Shown here one piece after another: positions 1 to 12,176 of a stretch of 64,000 nucleotides of DNA (position 1 is its first letter; each line of letters opens with the position of its first letter). Under the pieces are notes generated by a model. It was not told the DNA's origin, did not search any database, and worked only from the letters and a program-made list of their open reading frames with translations. The position numbers and the translations under genes are program-made. Source of the DNA: Octopus sinensis (taxonomy: Eukaryota). The stretch is taken from NCBI RefSeq assembly GCF_006345805.1, contig NC_043026.1, positions 12,875,579 to 12,939,578 of the forward strand, read 5' to 3'.

Positions 1-103
1 CTCTCGTTCATAAAACACAGAAGAGACACAAAGAATCGAGGCGCCAAAGACCGAAAGTCTACAGAATTAAAAACAATGAAAATCTTCTTTGCTTAATACT
101 TAC

Positions 104-270
104 GGAAATGTTTCATGAAGGATAGTGTTGTTATATGTGTGTGTGTCTAGCAGGTGAGGAATAAACTTCAAGGGCCTATTACAAGGATCGTCATCAGCTG
201 AGAAGGGAAGATTCTTGTCAGAAACGGATTCGCAGACTTTTCTAGGAAAGTACTTCCAATGCGCATGCGT
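104..270 (-). promoter_or_regulatory. Putative promoter and non-coding exon 1 (cassette type 1) of a ZNF gene lying left of the window
   Basis: Minus-strand donor GTAAGT (plus strand acttac 98-103). Upstream are GGAAAGTACTTCC and the NRF1-like TGCGCATGCG at 260-269. The same arrangement occurs at 12010-12175 and 19024-19191. Confidence 0.55.
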
Positions 271-469
271 ATGAACAAACTATTTAAATCGATTTCCAGT
301 TAATTTATTCATGTTTGCGTGCGTGTTAATATCTGTCTTTACTGCTCGTCCAATCAGGTTATTCCACGTCACTGCTCACCACGCCCTTTCCACTTCTATA
401 ATCCTTTCGGTCCATTCTTTGCCATCTTCACCCAAATTATTTCATCTTGGTCGAGATGTTTCCATTTCA

Positions 470-1620
470 TCTGCCGCTGTGTTCTGAGTTTAGCCCCTTG
501 TGGGTAGTAAAGAAATAGGTATTTCGTCTGCCGTTACGTTCAGAGTTCAAATTCCGCCGAGGTCGACTTTGTCTTTCATCCTTTCGGGGGTCGATAAATA
601 AAGTACCAGTTACCCACTGGGGTCCATGTAATCGACTCAATCCCTTTGTCTGTCCTTGTTTGTCCCCACTATGTTTAGCCCCTTGTGGCTAATAAAGAAA
701 TAGGTATTTCATCTGCCGCTGTGTTCTGAGTTCAAATTCCGCCGAGGTCGACTTTGCCTTTCATTCTTTCGGGGTCGATAAATTAAGTACCAGTTACCCA
801 CTGGGGTCCATGTAATCGACTCAATCCCTTTGTCTGTCCTTGTTTGTCCCGTCTGTGTTTAGCCCCTTGTGGGTAGTAAAGAAATAGGTATTTCGTCTGC
901 CGTTACGTTCAGAGTTCAAATTCCGCCGAGGTCGACTTTGCCTTTCATTCTTTTGGGGTCGATAAATTAAGTACCAGTTACGCACTAGGGTCGATATAAT
1001 CGACTTAATACCTATGTCTGTCCTTGTTTGTCCCCTCTGTGTTTAACCCCTTGTGGGTAATAAAGAAATAGGTATTTCGTCTGCCCATACGTTCTGAGTT
1101 CAAATTCCGCCGAGGTCGACTTTGCCTTTCATCCTTTTGGGGTCGATAAATAAAGTACCAGTTACCCACTGGGATCGATGTAATCGACTGAATCCCTTTG
1201 TCTGTCCCCTCTGTGTTTAGCCCCTTGTGGGCAGTAAAGAAACAGATATTTCCCTTTCATCTGCCGCTGTGTTCTGAGTTCAAATTCCGCCGAGGTCGAC
1301 TTTGCCATTCATCCTTTCGGAATCGATAAATTAAGTACCAGTTACCCACTGGGATCGATGTAATCGACTGAATTCCTTTGTCTGTCCCCTCTGTGTTTAG
1401 CCCCTTGTGGGCAGTAAAGAAACAGATATTTCCCTTTCATCTGCCGCTGTGTTCTGAGTTCAAATTCTGCCGAGGTCGACTTTGCCTTTCATACTTTTGG
1501 GGTCGATAAATAAAGTACCAGTTTCGCCCTGGGATCGATGTAATCGACTTAATCCCTTTGTCTGTCCTTGTTTGTCCCCTCTATGTTTAGCCCCTTGTGG
1601 GCAGTAAAGAAACAGATATT
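470..1620 (+). repeat. Tandem array (~6 x ~180 bp) of the 3' part of SINE family B
   Basis: Repeating unit gttctgagttcaaattccgccgaggtcgactttgcctttcatcctttcggggtcgataaattaagtaccagt...ccccttgtggg. The central segment resembles the Meta/MESC SINE domain (from memory, not aligned). Confidence 0.8.
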
Positions 1621-1992
1621 TCATTGACTCATTCTCTGAAAGCAATGTTTTAACTAAACCTGCTTTCATTGATATGAAAACGTAATTATATAAATGTGAC
1701 ACTTCATAACAACAACTTTAACAGGCATTTTAAACTTCGCCTGAATTCAGGTCAGTGTTGTAGGTTTTAGCCACAGCAACAATTAATCCATTCGTTTCTA
1801 TGACAGAGTCTTCACGCCAATGCTGTTGTAGTGTCTACAAAGGCATTTGTCAATTGTTTGTGTATATTTAATACAAATCTGCAGCTTTCTCAATTATATC
1901 ATGAAAAGCAATTTTGGTGAACGTAGTCCAGCACAAACAGCTATCAAGAGTGAAAGACGGGGAGGATTAGAAGGTGGTATATTTATTCGATA

Positions 1993-2205
1993 GGCGGCGA
2001 GCTGGCAGAATCGTTAGCACGCTGGGCGAAATGCGTTGCTGTTACGTTCTGAGTTCAAATTCCGCCGAGGTCGACTTTGACTTTCATCCTTTTGGGGTCG
2101 ATAAATTAAGTACCAGTTATACACTGAGGTCGACGTAATCAACTTAATCCCTTTGTCCTTGTTTGCTCCCTCTATGTTTAGCCCCTTGTGGGCAATAAAG
2201 AAACA
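1993..2205 (+). mobile_element. SINE family B, near full length (other copies 11125-11330 -, 12375-12800, 13167-13392, 36205-36426, 40505-40602 -, 63000-63095)
   Basis: Head ggcggcgagctggcagaatcgttagc (A-box-like), B-box-like gagttcaaattcc, same body as the arrays. Confidence 0.8.
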
Positions 2206-2284
2206 GGTATACTTATTAGATATTACAAACTCATCCCCTCACACATGAACTATTGTTTTTGAACTTTTAGAACGACCTGCTGTG

Positions 2285-2730
2285 CTTACCTTGGATCGTA
2301 GGATGACCTGCTGTGCTTGAGGAGACCTATTGAGTCAGGTACATCAATATCAAAATAAACATCAAATGGAAATAGCAGTTGTGATCCCTGTGCCGGTGGC
2401 ATGTAAAAAGCACCATCCAAACGTGGCCGATGCCAGCGCAGCCTTGACTGGCTTCTGTGCCAGTGGCATGTAAAAAGCACCAACCGATCGGGCTGCTGCC
2501 AGCCTCCTCTGGCACCTGTGCCGATGGCACGTAAAAAGCACCATCCGATGGGGCTGCTGCCAGCCTCCCCTTGCATGTAAAAAGCACCAACCGATCGTGT
2601 CCACTGCCAGCCTCCCCTTGTATGTAAAAAGCACCGACCGATCGTGGCCGCTGCTAGCCTCCCCCGGCACCTGTGCCGGTGGCACGTAAAATACACCCAC
2701 TACACTCATGGAGTGGTTGGCGTCAAATGC
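2285..2730 (+). mobile_element. SINE-like family D with internal minisatellite (paralogous copy 13475-13980)
   Basis: Repeated gtggcacgtaaaaagcacc units followed by cccactacactcacggagtggttggcgt, shared with about 10 other copies in the window. Confidence 0.7.
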
Positions 2731-3390
2731 TCCCATTTAGCATTTTACCAGACAGCTACGTTTCTAATTCTTTAGTCATAACGAATGAAAAGTAGGAGAG
2801 AGGGACATCTCTGGGCATACTTGTTCAAGCGCTGGTTTTAACTAAAATACAGTCAACAACATTGACTGATTTGTGCCAATAGACAGAAAAGTATGCTCTT
2901 AAAATAAATTATCTTTCACTGAACATTTTTAACCCTTTCGTTACTATATTTCTGATCAAAATATACCCCTCACGAGTTTCAATTAAATTCTAAAATAATC
3001 ATGAATTTAGACTAGTTTCATTAAACAACTGTAACTTTTTTACTTATCAACATATTTATGTGAAATTTGGAACATAATTAAAGAAAGGGTTCTTAATCGA
3101 TTATATTGCATAACTTTTGTCTCAAAGTGACTGTAATTACAGGTAAACTGAGCAAAAGGTAAAAATATTAAAACTTTGTTTAAACATCACCAAGGAAAAT
3201 GAATCATCAGCTAATATTTAATTCAACAAAGCTAGAATACATTTCTCGCTATAATGTATGGGTCCCTCAGAAACTCTCAGAAAAGAATTGCTTGAACCAG
3301 CATTCCGTTTGTGATATGCTTTTGAAAGGGAATGAAAGTATTCCTAATCTGGACCCTTAAAAACATATCTCTTCAAAGTTTAGAATTTAA

Positions 3391-3570
3391 CCCTTTTGTT
3401 ACTGTATTTCTGTTGAGATGCTCTGTGTTTTAAATATGACAAAGAATTTAGTAAAATAACTTAGTTATCCTTAAGCTAGTGGTAGGAACATAAATTGTGA
3501 CTAAGGTTTGAATTCAAAACTTATGAAAACAAGACATTTGTATTACAGAGCCAGTTTGGTAATGAAAGGG
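3391..3570. mobile_element. piggyBac-like MITE (paralogous copy 14634-14845)
   Basis: TTAA at 3387-3390 and 3571-3574 flank the terminal inverted repeats cccttttgttac / gtaatgaaaggg. Confidence 0.7.
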
Positions 3571-3864
3571 TTAAACAAAATAACAAACAATCAGTCTGGT
3601 GTGGTGTACTAAACTATACTTAAGCCTCATGTTTTTCCTTTGGGGTCTCTTCTGTTTTGTACGTGGGGGTCATTGTTTCTGTACATATCTGACAACTTTA
3701 CAAGATTCCTGTGCATGAAAACTCATAACTTATGTTATTGTATAAAATATTTATTGAGTGAAGAATTTAAAACATTCATCATCATCATCATCATCATCAT
3801 TTAGCGTCCGTTTTCCATGCTAGCATGGGTTGGATAAACAACAAAGAAAGAAAAGAGGTGAAAA

Positions 3865-5217
3865 TTACAAAAACAAAAGATCCTCACTTTTTCCTTTCTC
3901 TCTTCTATGGATAGATTTGTGTCTGGTCAATTTACTATTTTCAGAGAATGATCTACCACAGATATCACAATGATACGGCTTCTCTCCTGTGTGAATACGT
4001 TTGTGTCCAGTTAAGTGAATACTTTGAGAGAATGATTTACCACAGATATCACAAGGAAATGGTCTCTCACCTGTATGAATACGTCTGTGCTGTGTTAGGT
4101 TACTATTATTAGAGAATGATTTACCACAGGTATCACAAGGAAACGGTTTCTCACCTGTATGAATACGTATGTGTTCGGTTAAGTGATTGCTTTGTGAGAA
4201 TGATTTACCACAGATATCACACTGAAATGGTCTCTTTCCCGTATGAATAGATTTGTGTGTAGTTAAGACACTATTATGGGAGAATGATTTACCACAGATA
4301 TCACACTGATATGGTTTCTCTCCTGTATGAATAGATCTGTGTTTAGTTAAGTGAATACTTTGAGAGAACACTTTACCACAGATATCACAATGGTATGGTC
4401 TCTCCCCCGTATGGACACGTTTGTGTTGTGTTAAGTTAGTATTCTGAAAGAATGATTTACCACAGATATCACACTGATATGGCTTCTCCCCTGTATGAAT
4501 GTAATAGTGTTTTGTTAATGCAATATTTTCAGAGAAAGATTTACCACAGATATCACAATGATATGGTGTCTCTCCTGTATGAATACGTTTGTGTATAACT
4601 AAGGTACTATTTGCAGAGAATGATTTACCACAGACATCACAGTGATATGGTTTCTCTCCTGTTTGAATACGTCTGTGTTTTGTTAATTGACTACTGTGAG
4701 AGAATGATTTACCACAGATATCACAGTGATATGGTTTCTCTCCTGTATGAACACGTTTGTGCATAGCTAAGGCACTACTATGGGAGTATGATATACCACA
4801 GATATCACAATGATATGGCTTTTCCCCTGTATGAATACGATTGTGCTTTGTTAAGGCAGTATTTTCAGAGAATGATTTACCACAGACATCACAATGATAT
4901 GGTTTCTCTCCTGTATGAACACGTTTGTGTGTAGATAAGTGAGCACTTTGAGAGAATGATTTACCACAGATATCACACTGATATGGTTTCTCGCCTGTAT
5001 GAATGCGTTTGTGTGCAGTTACGTGAACACTTTGAGAGAACGATTTACCACAGATGTCACAAGGATAGGGTTTCTCTCCTGTCTGAAAACGTTTTTGACT
5101 AAGTAGGTTACCCTTTTGAAGGAAGGACCTTGTACACATATCACTGTCACATGATTTCATCTCTTTTGTTATGGGTTCAGAGGAAATCAATTCTACAATA
5201 TTCTCTCTCTCATCCAT
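3865..5217 (-). CDS. C2H2 zinc-finger protein A (14 fingers, one with His->Gln); copy of C lacking splice acceptor and exon 1, possibly a pseudogene
   Basis: CxxC-x12-HxxxH fingers with TGEKP linkers. First ATG at 5217 (MDERE). Nearly identical to 15084-16436. Confidence 0.85.
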   Translation of the reverse strand: MDERENIVELISSEPITKEMKSCDSDMCTRSFLQKGNLLSQKRFQTGEKPYPCDICGKSFSQSVHVTAHKRIHTGEKPYQCDICGKSFSQSAHLSTHKRVHTGEKPYHCDVCGKSFSENTALTKHNRIHTGEKPYHCDICGISYSHSSALAMHKRVHTGEKPYHCDICGKSFSHSSQLTKHRRIQTGEKPYHCDVCGKSFSANSTLVIHKRIHTGETPYHCDICGKSFSENIALTKHYYIHTGEKPYQCDICGKSFFQNTNLTQHKRVHTGERPYHCDICGKVFSQSIHLTKHRSIHTGEKPYQCDICGKSFSHNSVLTTHKSIHTGKRPFQCDICGKSFSQSNHLTEHIRIHTGEKPFPCDTCGKSFSNNSNLTQHRRIHTGERPFPCDICGKSFSQSIHLTGHKRIHTGEKPYHCDICGRSFSENSKLTRHKSIHRREKGKSEDLLFL

Positions 5218-6074
5218 TATTTTTCCTCTCAAATCCCAGTTTATATATTTTCCTTGCTTTTGTTTGTATGCTTAATTTTTTACAAATATTTCTTTGGCTG
5301 AATTTCTGTCCAGTGTTACCTTTCTTTAGCAACACTTCCATAAATTAAATCCAACTTCAATCAGCAAACAGGTTCCTCTTCTTCACACTCCAGTCAGGGA
5401 GGTTCACAAATTTCACTGATAATATTATGTCAAAGCAAATGTTTCACAGGAGATCAACAAGGATTACTATTATTGCAAAGACCCAGACATCTTTGACCCT
5501 TATTATGTGGATGTGGTTGATATCGAAGATGGGAAATGTAAAGATGAAGTGTGTCGTGGGAAGATGAGGAGATTGGGAAGGTTGGAAGGAGTGGATGATG
5601 TGGGAGTCACATCTTTTGGTGATGTTTTTGTTTTGAGGAGGGTGATGAAGTTGGAGGAGTGCTTTGAAGGGTGGGAAGTTTTTTGTTTTGTGGAATGGTT
5701 CAGGGAAAAGTCTTTGGTGAGGAAGATAAGAATAGAAGGAGGAATAATTTTTGGTCTGGAACATTATCATATTGCAAGACCTCGTCTGACCATAATTGGT
5801 GAATGTGTTTAGATAACAGATTTAGAGAACAATATTTACGAAATACCTCGACATATTGAAGAGGAAACATCTGAAGATGATGAAATCCTGGGATATAAAG
5901 ATAATTCAAAATATTTACTCCTCAGAGGGGATGATAATGAAGTCTTTGAAGTTCTTGGTTTGGATGTTTCAGACAATTCTTTGATGGTTTTTGGAATTAT
6001 TCCTGGACATCAATCTTTTGCATTCTTTTATTTTGACAAATAAATATTTCCAGAAATATTAAAATTCAATCTTC

Positions 6075-6305
6075 TTCTTCTTCACGATCATCATCACCAT
6101 CATCATCATCATCGTCATCATCATCATCATCATCATCATCGTCGTCATCAGCGTTGTGTGTGCGTGTGTGCAGTCTGCATCTGACAGTTTTTAACGTTTA
6201 ATAAGAATAGATTGTTGTTGTTGTTGTTGCAGTGACATTCCAACTGCACACACGCACAAACATTGCCTTTCGTCCTCGCAGGGTTGTTGTTGTTGTTGTT
6301 GCTGT
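6075..6305. repeat. (CAT)n, (GT)n and (GTT)n microsatellites
   Basis: Directly visible. Confidence 0.85.
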
Positions 6306-6319
6306 TGGGGGTTCATAAA

Positions 6320-6720
6320 AAAAGAGAAGGACACTTAAAGAGGCATTTATTAAAAGCTTTCCCATGGATGGTCATTTTTCCTGCTAGAAATAGAAACCAA
6401 GTGACTTCAAATTCACTCTATTTTCCATATAAAATTTGAAGGACCGTTAAGAAGCATTTATAAAGGAAATCGGCCTGTATATGGTCTCATTTCATGCCAG
6501 AAACAGTCACTGAAACCTTCACATTTTTGTTTTATCACAAATTAAAATCGAAGGTCAATTTACAAAGCATCCATGACAAATATTGTCCTATAGATGGCCT
6601 AACATCATGCTAGAAATAGCAGCCAAATACTCTGAAATGTGTCGCATTTCTCATGAAAAAAGTGAAGGACACTTTAAGAAGCAACTCTAAAGATATTGTC
6701 CTGTGGCGGTTTAAGTGTAA
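6320..6720. repeat. Old ~112-bp tandem repeat, about 3.5 units
   Basis: gaagg(a/t)c anchors near 6327, 6438, 6551 and 6664. Units carry tgctagaaatag(c/a)a-like cores. Confidence 0.55.
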
Positions 6721-6953
6721 AATATTATAAAAGTATGCATCTATGAGTTTTATGTGTTTTAAAAACATAGCAAAGACATGTGTGTATATGTAGGTATATA
6801 TAAATATACATGTGTATAAATGTTCCTTGATGATGTATATGCTTCTTCCCTAATAACTTGCAGAGAAATGGATAAGTTTTGAAAATGCTTTAATTTCAAT
6901 TGTACAGACCATAAGATCATTAAAAATAAACAGCAAACAAAAAATTGTGGAAG

Positions 6954-8654
6954 CTAGCTCTTTCCTTTCTCTCCTGTGTGAATAAAATTGTGCCTAGTTA
7001 AGTGACTTTTTTGAGAGAATGATTTACCACAGATATCACACTGATATGATTTCTCTCCTGTATGAATAAAATTGTGCCTAGTTAAGTGACTTTTTTGAGA
7101 GAATGATACACCACAGATATCACACTGATATGGTTTCTCTCCAGTATAAATAACACATTTGTGTTTCTTGAAGCTACTACTATGAGAGAACGATTTACCA
7201 CAGATATCACAATGATAGGGTTTCTCTCCTGTATGAACACGTATGTGGTCAGTTAAGTGAATACTTTGAGAAAATAATTTACCACAAATATCACAATGAT
7301 ATGGTTTCAACCCGATATGAAGGCGTTTGTGTTTTATTAAGTTTCTATTGTCAGAGAATGATTTACCACAGACATCACAATCATATGGTTTCTCTCCTGT
7401 ATGAGTGCGTTTGTGTACTGTTAAGCTAATATTTCGAGAGAATGATTTACCACAGACATCACAACGATGTGGTTTCTCTCCTGTATGAGTGCGTTTGTGA
7501 TCTGTTAAGCTAATATTTTGAGAGAATGATTTACCACAGACATCACAACGATATGGTTTCTCTCCTGTATGAATATATTTGTGTTCTGTTAAGCGAGTAC
7601 TTTGAGAGAATGATATATTGCAAATATCACACTGATATGGTTTCTCTCCTGTATGAACACGTTTGTGTATAGTTAAGGCACTTCTGTGAGAGAATGATTT
7701 ACCGCAGATATCACACTGATATGGTTTCTCTCCTGTATGAACACGCTTGTGTTTAGTTAAGGCACAATTCTGAGAGAATGGTTTACCGCAGATATCACAC
7801 TGATATGGTTTCCCTCCTGCATGAAAAGAGTGAAATAGTTTTTCACCTGTATGTGTACGTTTGTGTCTAGCTAAAACACTATTTGAAGAGAATGATTTAC
7901 CACAGATATCACAGTGATATGGTCTCTCTCCTGTATGAACACGCTTGTGTATAATTAAGGCACGATTATGACAATATGATACACCACAGATATCACACCG
8001 ATATGGTTTCTCTCCTGTGTGAGTGCGATTGTGCTTTGTTAAGGCATGATTTTCAGAGAATGATTTACCACAGATAACACACTGATATGGTTTCTCTCCT
8101 GTGTGAATACGTACGTGTGTAGATAAGTGAGCACTTTGAGAGAATGATTGACCACAGATGTCACAATGATATGGTTTCTCACCTGTATGAATAAGTTTGT
8201 GACCAGTTAAGTGACTACTTTGAGAGAAAGATTTACCACAGACATCACAGTGATATGGTTTTTCTCCTGTATGAACGCGTTGGTGTGTAGTTAAGTGATT
8301 AGTTTCAGAGAATGATTTACCACAGATATCACAATGACATGGTTTCTCTTCTGTGTGAATACGTTTATGTCTAGTAAAGATACTAATATGAGAAAAGGAT
8401 TTACCACAGATATCACAATGATATGGTGTCTCTCCTGTATGAATATATTTGTGTTTCATTAAGCTACTGTTGTGACAGAATGATTTACCACAGACATCAC
8501 AGTGATAGGGTTTATCTCCTGTATGAATACATTTGTGCCTTAGAAGGTCACTTTCTTGAGAAAAGGACTTTGTACAAATATCACAGTCATAGGATATCTT
8601 TTTCATCACGTCTTCTAAGGATATCAATTCTACAATATTCTCTCTCTCATCCAT
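6954..8654 (-). CDS. C2H2 zinc-finger protein B (~19 fingers, one internally deleted finger, last finger duplicated)
   Basis: 566-aa ORF. Coding exon starts at acceptor tttcag (9011-9012). Exon 1 is predicted at 12010-12150. Confidence 0.92.
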   Translation of the reverse strand: MDERENIVELISLEDVMKKISYDCDICTKSFSQESDLLRHKCIHTGDKPYHCDVCGKSFCHNSSLMKHKYIHTGETPYHCDICGKSFSHISIFTRHKRIHTEEKPCHCDICGKSFSETNHLTTHQRVHTGEKPYHCDVCGKSFSQSSHLTGHKLIHTGEKPYHCDICGQSFSQSAHLSTHVRIHTGEKPYQCVICGKSFSENHALTKHNRTHTGEKPYRCDICGVSYCHNRALIIHKRVHTGERPYHCDICGKSFSSNSVLARHKRTHTGEKLFHSFHAGGKPYQCDICGKPFSQNCALTKHKRVHTGEKPYQCDICGKSFSHRSALTIHKRVHTGEKPYQCDICNISFSQSTRLTEHKYIHTGEKPYRCDVCGKSFSQNISLTDHKRTHTGEKPHRCDVCGKSFSRNISLTVHKRTHTGEKPYDCDVCGKSFSDNRNLIKHKRLHIGLKPYHCDICGKLFSQSIHLTDHIRVHTGEKPYHCDICGKSFSHSSSFKKHKCVIYTGEKPYQCDICGVSFSQKSHLTRHNFIHTGEKSYQCDICGKSFSQKSHLTRHNFIHTGEKGKS

Positions 8655-9479
8655 TATTTTTCCTCTCAGATCCCAGTTTATATATTTTCCTTGCTTTTGT
8701 TCGTATGCTTTATTTTTTCAAATATTTCTTTGGCTGAATCTCTGTCCAGTGTTACCTTTCTTTAGCAACACTTCCATAAATTAAATCCAACTTCAATCAG
8801 CAAACAGGTTCCTCTTCTTCACACTCCAGTCAGGGAGGGTCACAAATTTCGCTGATAATATTATGTCAAAGCAAATGTTTCACAGGAATTCTTCCACGTA
8901 TTTGTAGAAACAATCTGATACATCTGTTCCATGGAATAATTTCGTTTAGTCTTTAAAACACGGCAGATATTGAGGATGATTCTTCTGTTATGTCAAAGTC
9001 ATCTGATGTCCTGAAATTATAAAGAAACAACCGCGTAAGATGGTAGAGGCTACTTAAGAAATACAGAAATACGTGAAAAAAATAGAAAAGAAATAGTTAA
9101 AAAACTGCTTATAATAAGATTAAATGGTACTTCGTGGGAGAGGGGATCCTGCTGCTATTTCATTCGTTTCATGTTGTTTTTTTTTTGGTCCCCACTGTGG
9201 TGTTGTGCCTGTCGTTTTACTGCCCACTCTATTGTTTTATACCTATTTCTGGGCAATGGTAAAGTGAGCGCACACCACCGAACCGGACCCAGAACCTAGC
9301 CATAAACCTTAAGAGGGTGCACCATAAAAACACAATCAGGAATTTACCTGAATGGTAAAAGCAAATTACCTCCCCTTGTACGGTCCCACACATTCCTTTC
9401 TATTCGCGGGAACCCGAGTTAGGGGGTCTTTAAATGGATGAATCTTCCTAATTTTTTGCACACACCGTTTATTTTGTAT

Positions 9480-9860
9480 ACTCTTTACTCTTTTACTTGT
9501 TTCCGTCATTTGGCTGCGGCCATACTGGAGCACCGCCTTTAGTCGTGCAAATCGTCGAACCCGGGACTTATTCTTTTGTAAGCCCAGTACTTATTGTATC
9601 GTTCTACTTTTGCTGAACCGCTACGTGACGGGGACGTAAACACACCAGCATCGGTTGTCAAGCGATGCTAGGGGGACAAACACACACACACACATATATA
9701 TACGACGGGCTTCTTTCAGTTTCCGTCTACCAAATCCATTCACAAGGCACTGGTCGGCCCGGCGCTATAGCCGAAGACACTTGCCCAAGGTGCCACGCAG
9801 TGGGACTGAACTCGGGACCATGTGGTTGGTTAGCAAGCTACTTACCGCACAGCCACTCCT
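9480..9860 (-). mobile_element. tRNA-derived SINE family A (other minus copies 19265-19640, 27420-27810, 35195-35583, 35990-36620, 52715-53085, 55905-56105, 63873-64000; older variants 54585-54830, 60590-60970)
   Basis: Head ggcgcaggagtggctgtgtggtaag with A box and B box ggttcagtccc, CORE-like ccttgggcaagt, central (TA/TG)n, tail ggcggtgctccagcatggccgcagtcaaatgactgaaacaag(taaaagag)n. Confidence 0.88.
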
Positions 9861-10197
9861 TAGTATAAAATATATTTAAATGGATGAATCTTTCTAATTT
9901 TCTCCATACACCATTTACTTTGTATATAATTTCTATTTTAATAACTTTTTTTAAAAATTGCATTTCATTTTCTCGGAGTGGTACGTTTCTAAAGGAGCTC
10001 CTCATTCTCAAATGCTCGCTGAAGGTAATTTGAAAAGATCCCCTCAAAGGAATAACATCGATGCGCTAGTCTGACATTCTGCCTTAATTTTCAGCATAAT
10101 TTCAAATCTACAAGTACGAGGAAAGCAAGTCGAGGCGTATAAATTATACATAAACCCCATTCAATTATACTTTTCACAACAAATTCCTACATAATCC

Positions 10198-10757
10198 GGT
10201 ACTACTAGCGAACAGTAGTCCCGGCATGCTTGCTAGTCGTAAATAGTCGAGCCCAAACAATTTTATTAAATTTAGTAAATCAATTATTTACTTAGTAAAA
10301 AGTTTTAAAAAATGATGGCGATCTTACGGTATAAGTACCGGATACATTTAAAAAAAAGTGTTGTTTTTTTATATATGGGGGGGGGTTAGGATTAGGGTTA
10401 GGGGTGGGAGAAAAGGGTTTCTGTTACCTTCAGATATGTAAACAAAGTCACGTGTGTACCTATACCGAAGGATCGCCCCAACTCTACCCCCCCCCCCATA
10501 TATATATTAAAAAAACCCACTTTTCTGAAATGTATCTGGTACTTCCTGAAGTACATCGGTACTTATACCTTAAGATCGCCAGAATTATTTACCTTGTTCG
10601 AAAAATATTTAATTTGTGTAAAACAATATTAATTAATTTGTTTATCGCGCATGCGTGAATCTAATCATTTGCGCACGCGCAAGACGTTGTAGGATCGACT
10701 ACTCACGACTAGCTAGCGCGAGTGCGCGCACCGGGACCACTGTTCGCTAGTTGTGCC
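10198..10757. mobile_element. Degenerate GG..CC-ended MITE with a nested second MITE (10317-10580)
   Basis: Outer TIRs ggtactactagcgaacagt / actgttcgctagttgtgcc. Inner TIRs ggcgatcttacggtataagtacc / ggtacttataccttaagatcgcc with degenerate 8-bp TSD (aaaatgat/agaattat). Confidence 0.6.
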
Positions 10758-11324
10758 CACTTATTGCCGATGCAAGCACAAGAGATGATGAGAATATCAC
10801 AGAATGGGCGGGGGTGAAGCGTGTGTAGACACCACCTCACGGTAACACTAAAAGCTAAACCGAACGACGGGGCACAGTAAAAGATCAGATTAAAAAGGGA
10901 CGATATCGCGAGACCCCTTACATAATTAAAAGCAGTCTTCGTCACCTTACATTGCCCCTCGCCAACTCCATATCCTTAAGATTTAGAGACTCTATGTTGG
11001 CGTTGTACTTAAGTAGTGCAGAAATAGCAGCCAAATCTCGCATTAATCATAGAACCTTTCAGTCACTGCTAGAAATAGCAGCCAAATCTCGCATTAATCA
11101 TAGAACCTTTCAGTCACTGCTAGAAATATATTTCTTTATTACCCACAAGACGCGACAAACAGGTTAAGTCGATTACATCGACCCCAGTGCGTAACTAGTA
11201 CTTAATTTATCGACCCCTAAAGGATGAAAGGAAAAGTCGACCTCGGCGGAATTTGAACTCAAAACGCAGCGACGGACGAAATACCGTAATGCATTTCGCC
11301 CGGTGTGCTAACGTTTCTGCCAGC

Positions 11325-11888
11325 TCACACGCAGATCATAGAGTCCCTCTTCCATAGCTAGAAATAGCAGCCAAATCACACACAGATCATAGAATCTCTC
11401 TTCTATAGCTAGAAATAGCAGCCAAATCTCACACAGATCATGGAATCTCTCTTCTATAGCTAGAAATAGCAGCCAAATCACACACAGGTCATGGAATCTC
11501 TCTTCTATAGCTAGAAATAGCAGCCAAATCACACACAGATCATAGAATCCCTCTTCTATAGCTAGAAATAGCAGCCAAATCACACACAGATCATGGAATC
11601 TCTGTTATATAGCTAGGAATAGCAGCGAAATCACACACAGACCATAGAGTGTCTGTTCCATAGCTAGAAATAGCAGCGAAGTCACACACAGATCATAGAA
11701 TCTCTCTTCTATAGCTAGAAATAGCAGCTAAATCACACAGAGATTATGGAATCTCTCGTCTATAGCTAGAAATAGCAGCCAAATCACACACAGATCATAG
11801 AATCTCTCTTCCATAGCTAGAAATAGCAGCTAAATCACACAGACATCATGGCATCTCTCTTCTATAGCTAGAAATAGCAGCCAAATCC
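11325..11888. repeat. 51-bp minisatellite (~11 units) in predicted intron 1 of gene B
   Basis: Unit cacacagatcatagaatctctcttc(c/t)atagctagaaatagcagccaaatca. Confidence 0.92.
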
Positions 11889-12009
11889 CGCACAAATCAG
11901 GGACATCTCTCGTTCATAAAACACAGAAGAGACACAAAGAATCGAGGCGCCAAAGACCGAAAGTCTACAGAATTAAAAACAATGAAATTCTTCTTTGCTT
12001 AATACTTAC

Positions 12010-12176
12010 GGAAATGTTTCATGAAGGATAGTGTTGTTATATATGTGTGTGTCAGGCAGGTGAGGAATAAACTTCAAGGGCCTATTACAAGGATCGTCAT
12101 CAGCTGAGAAGGGAAGATTCTTGTCAGGAACGGATTCGCAGACTTTTCTAGGAAAGTACTTCCAATGCGCATGCGT
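12010..12176 (-). promoter_or_regulatory. Putative promoter and non-coding exon 1 of gene B (cassette type 1)
   Basis: Donor GTAAGT at 12004-12009, ETS-like palindrome at 12151, TGCGCATGCG at 12166-12175. Confidence 0.55.

Noticed and set aside
10375-10410. Interstitial telomere
   Set aside because: Only 2-3 degenerate TTAGGG units inside a MITE.
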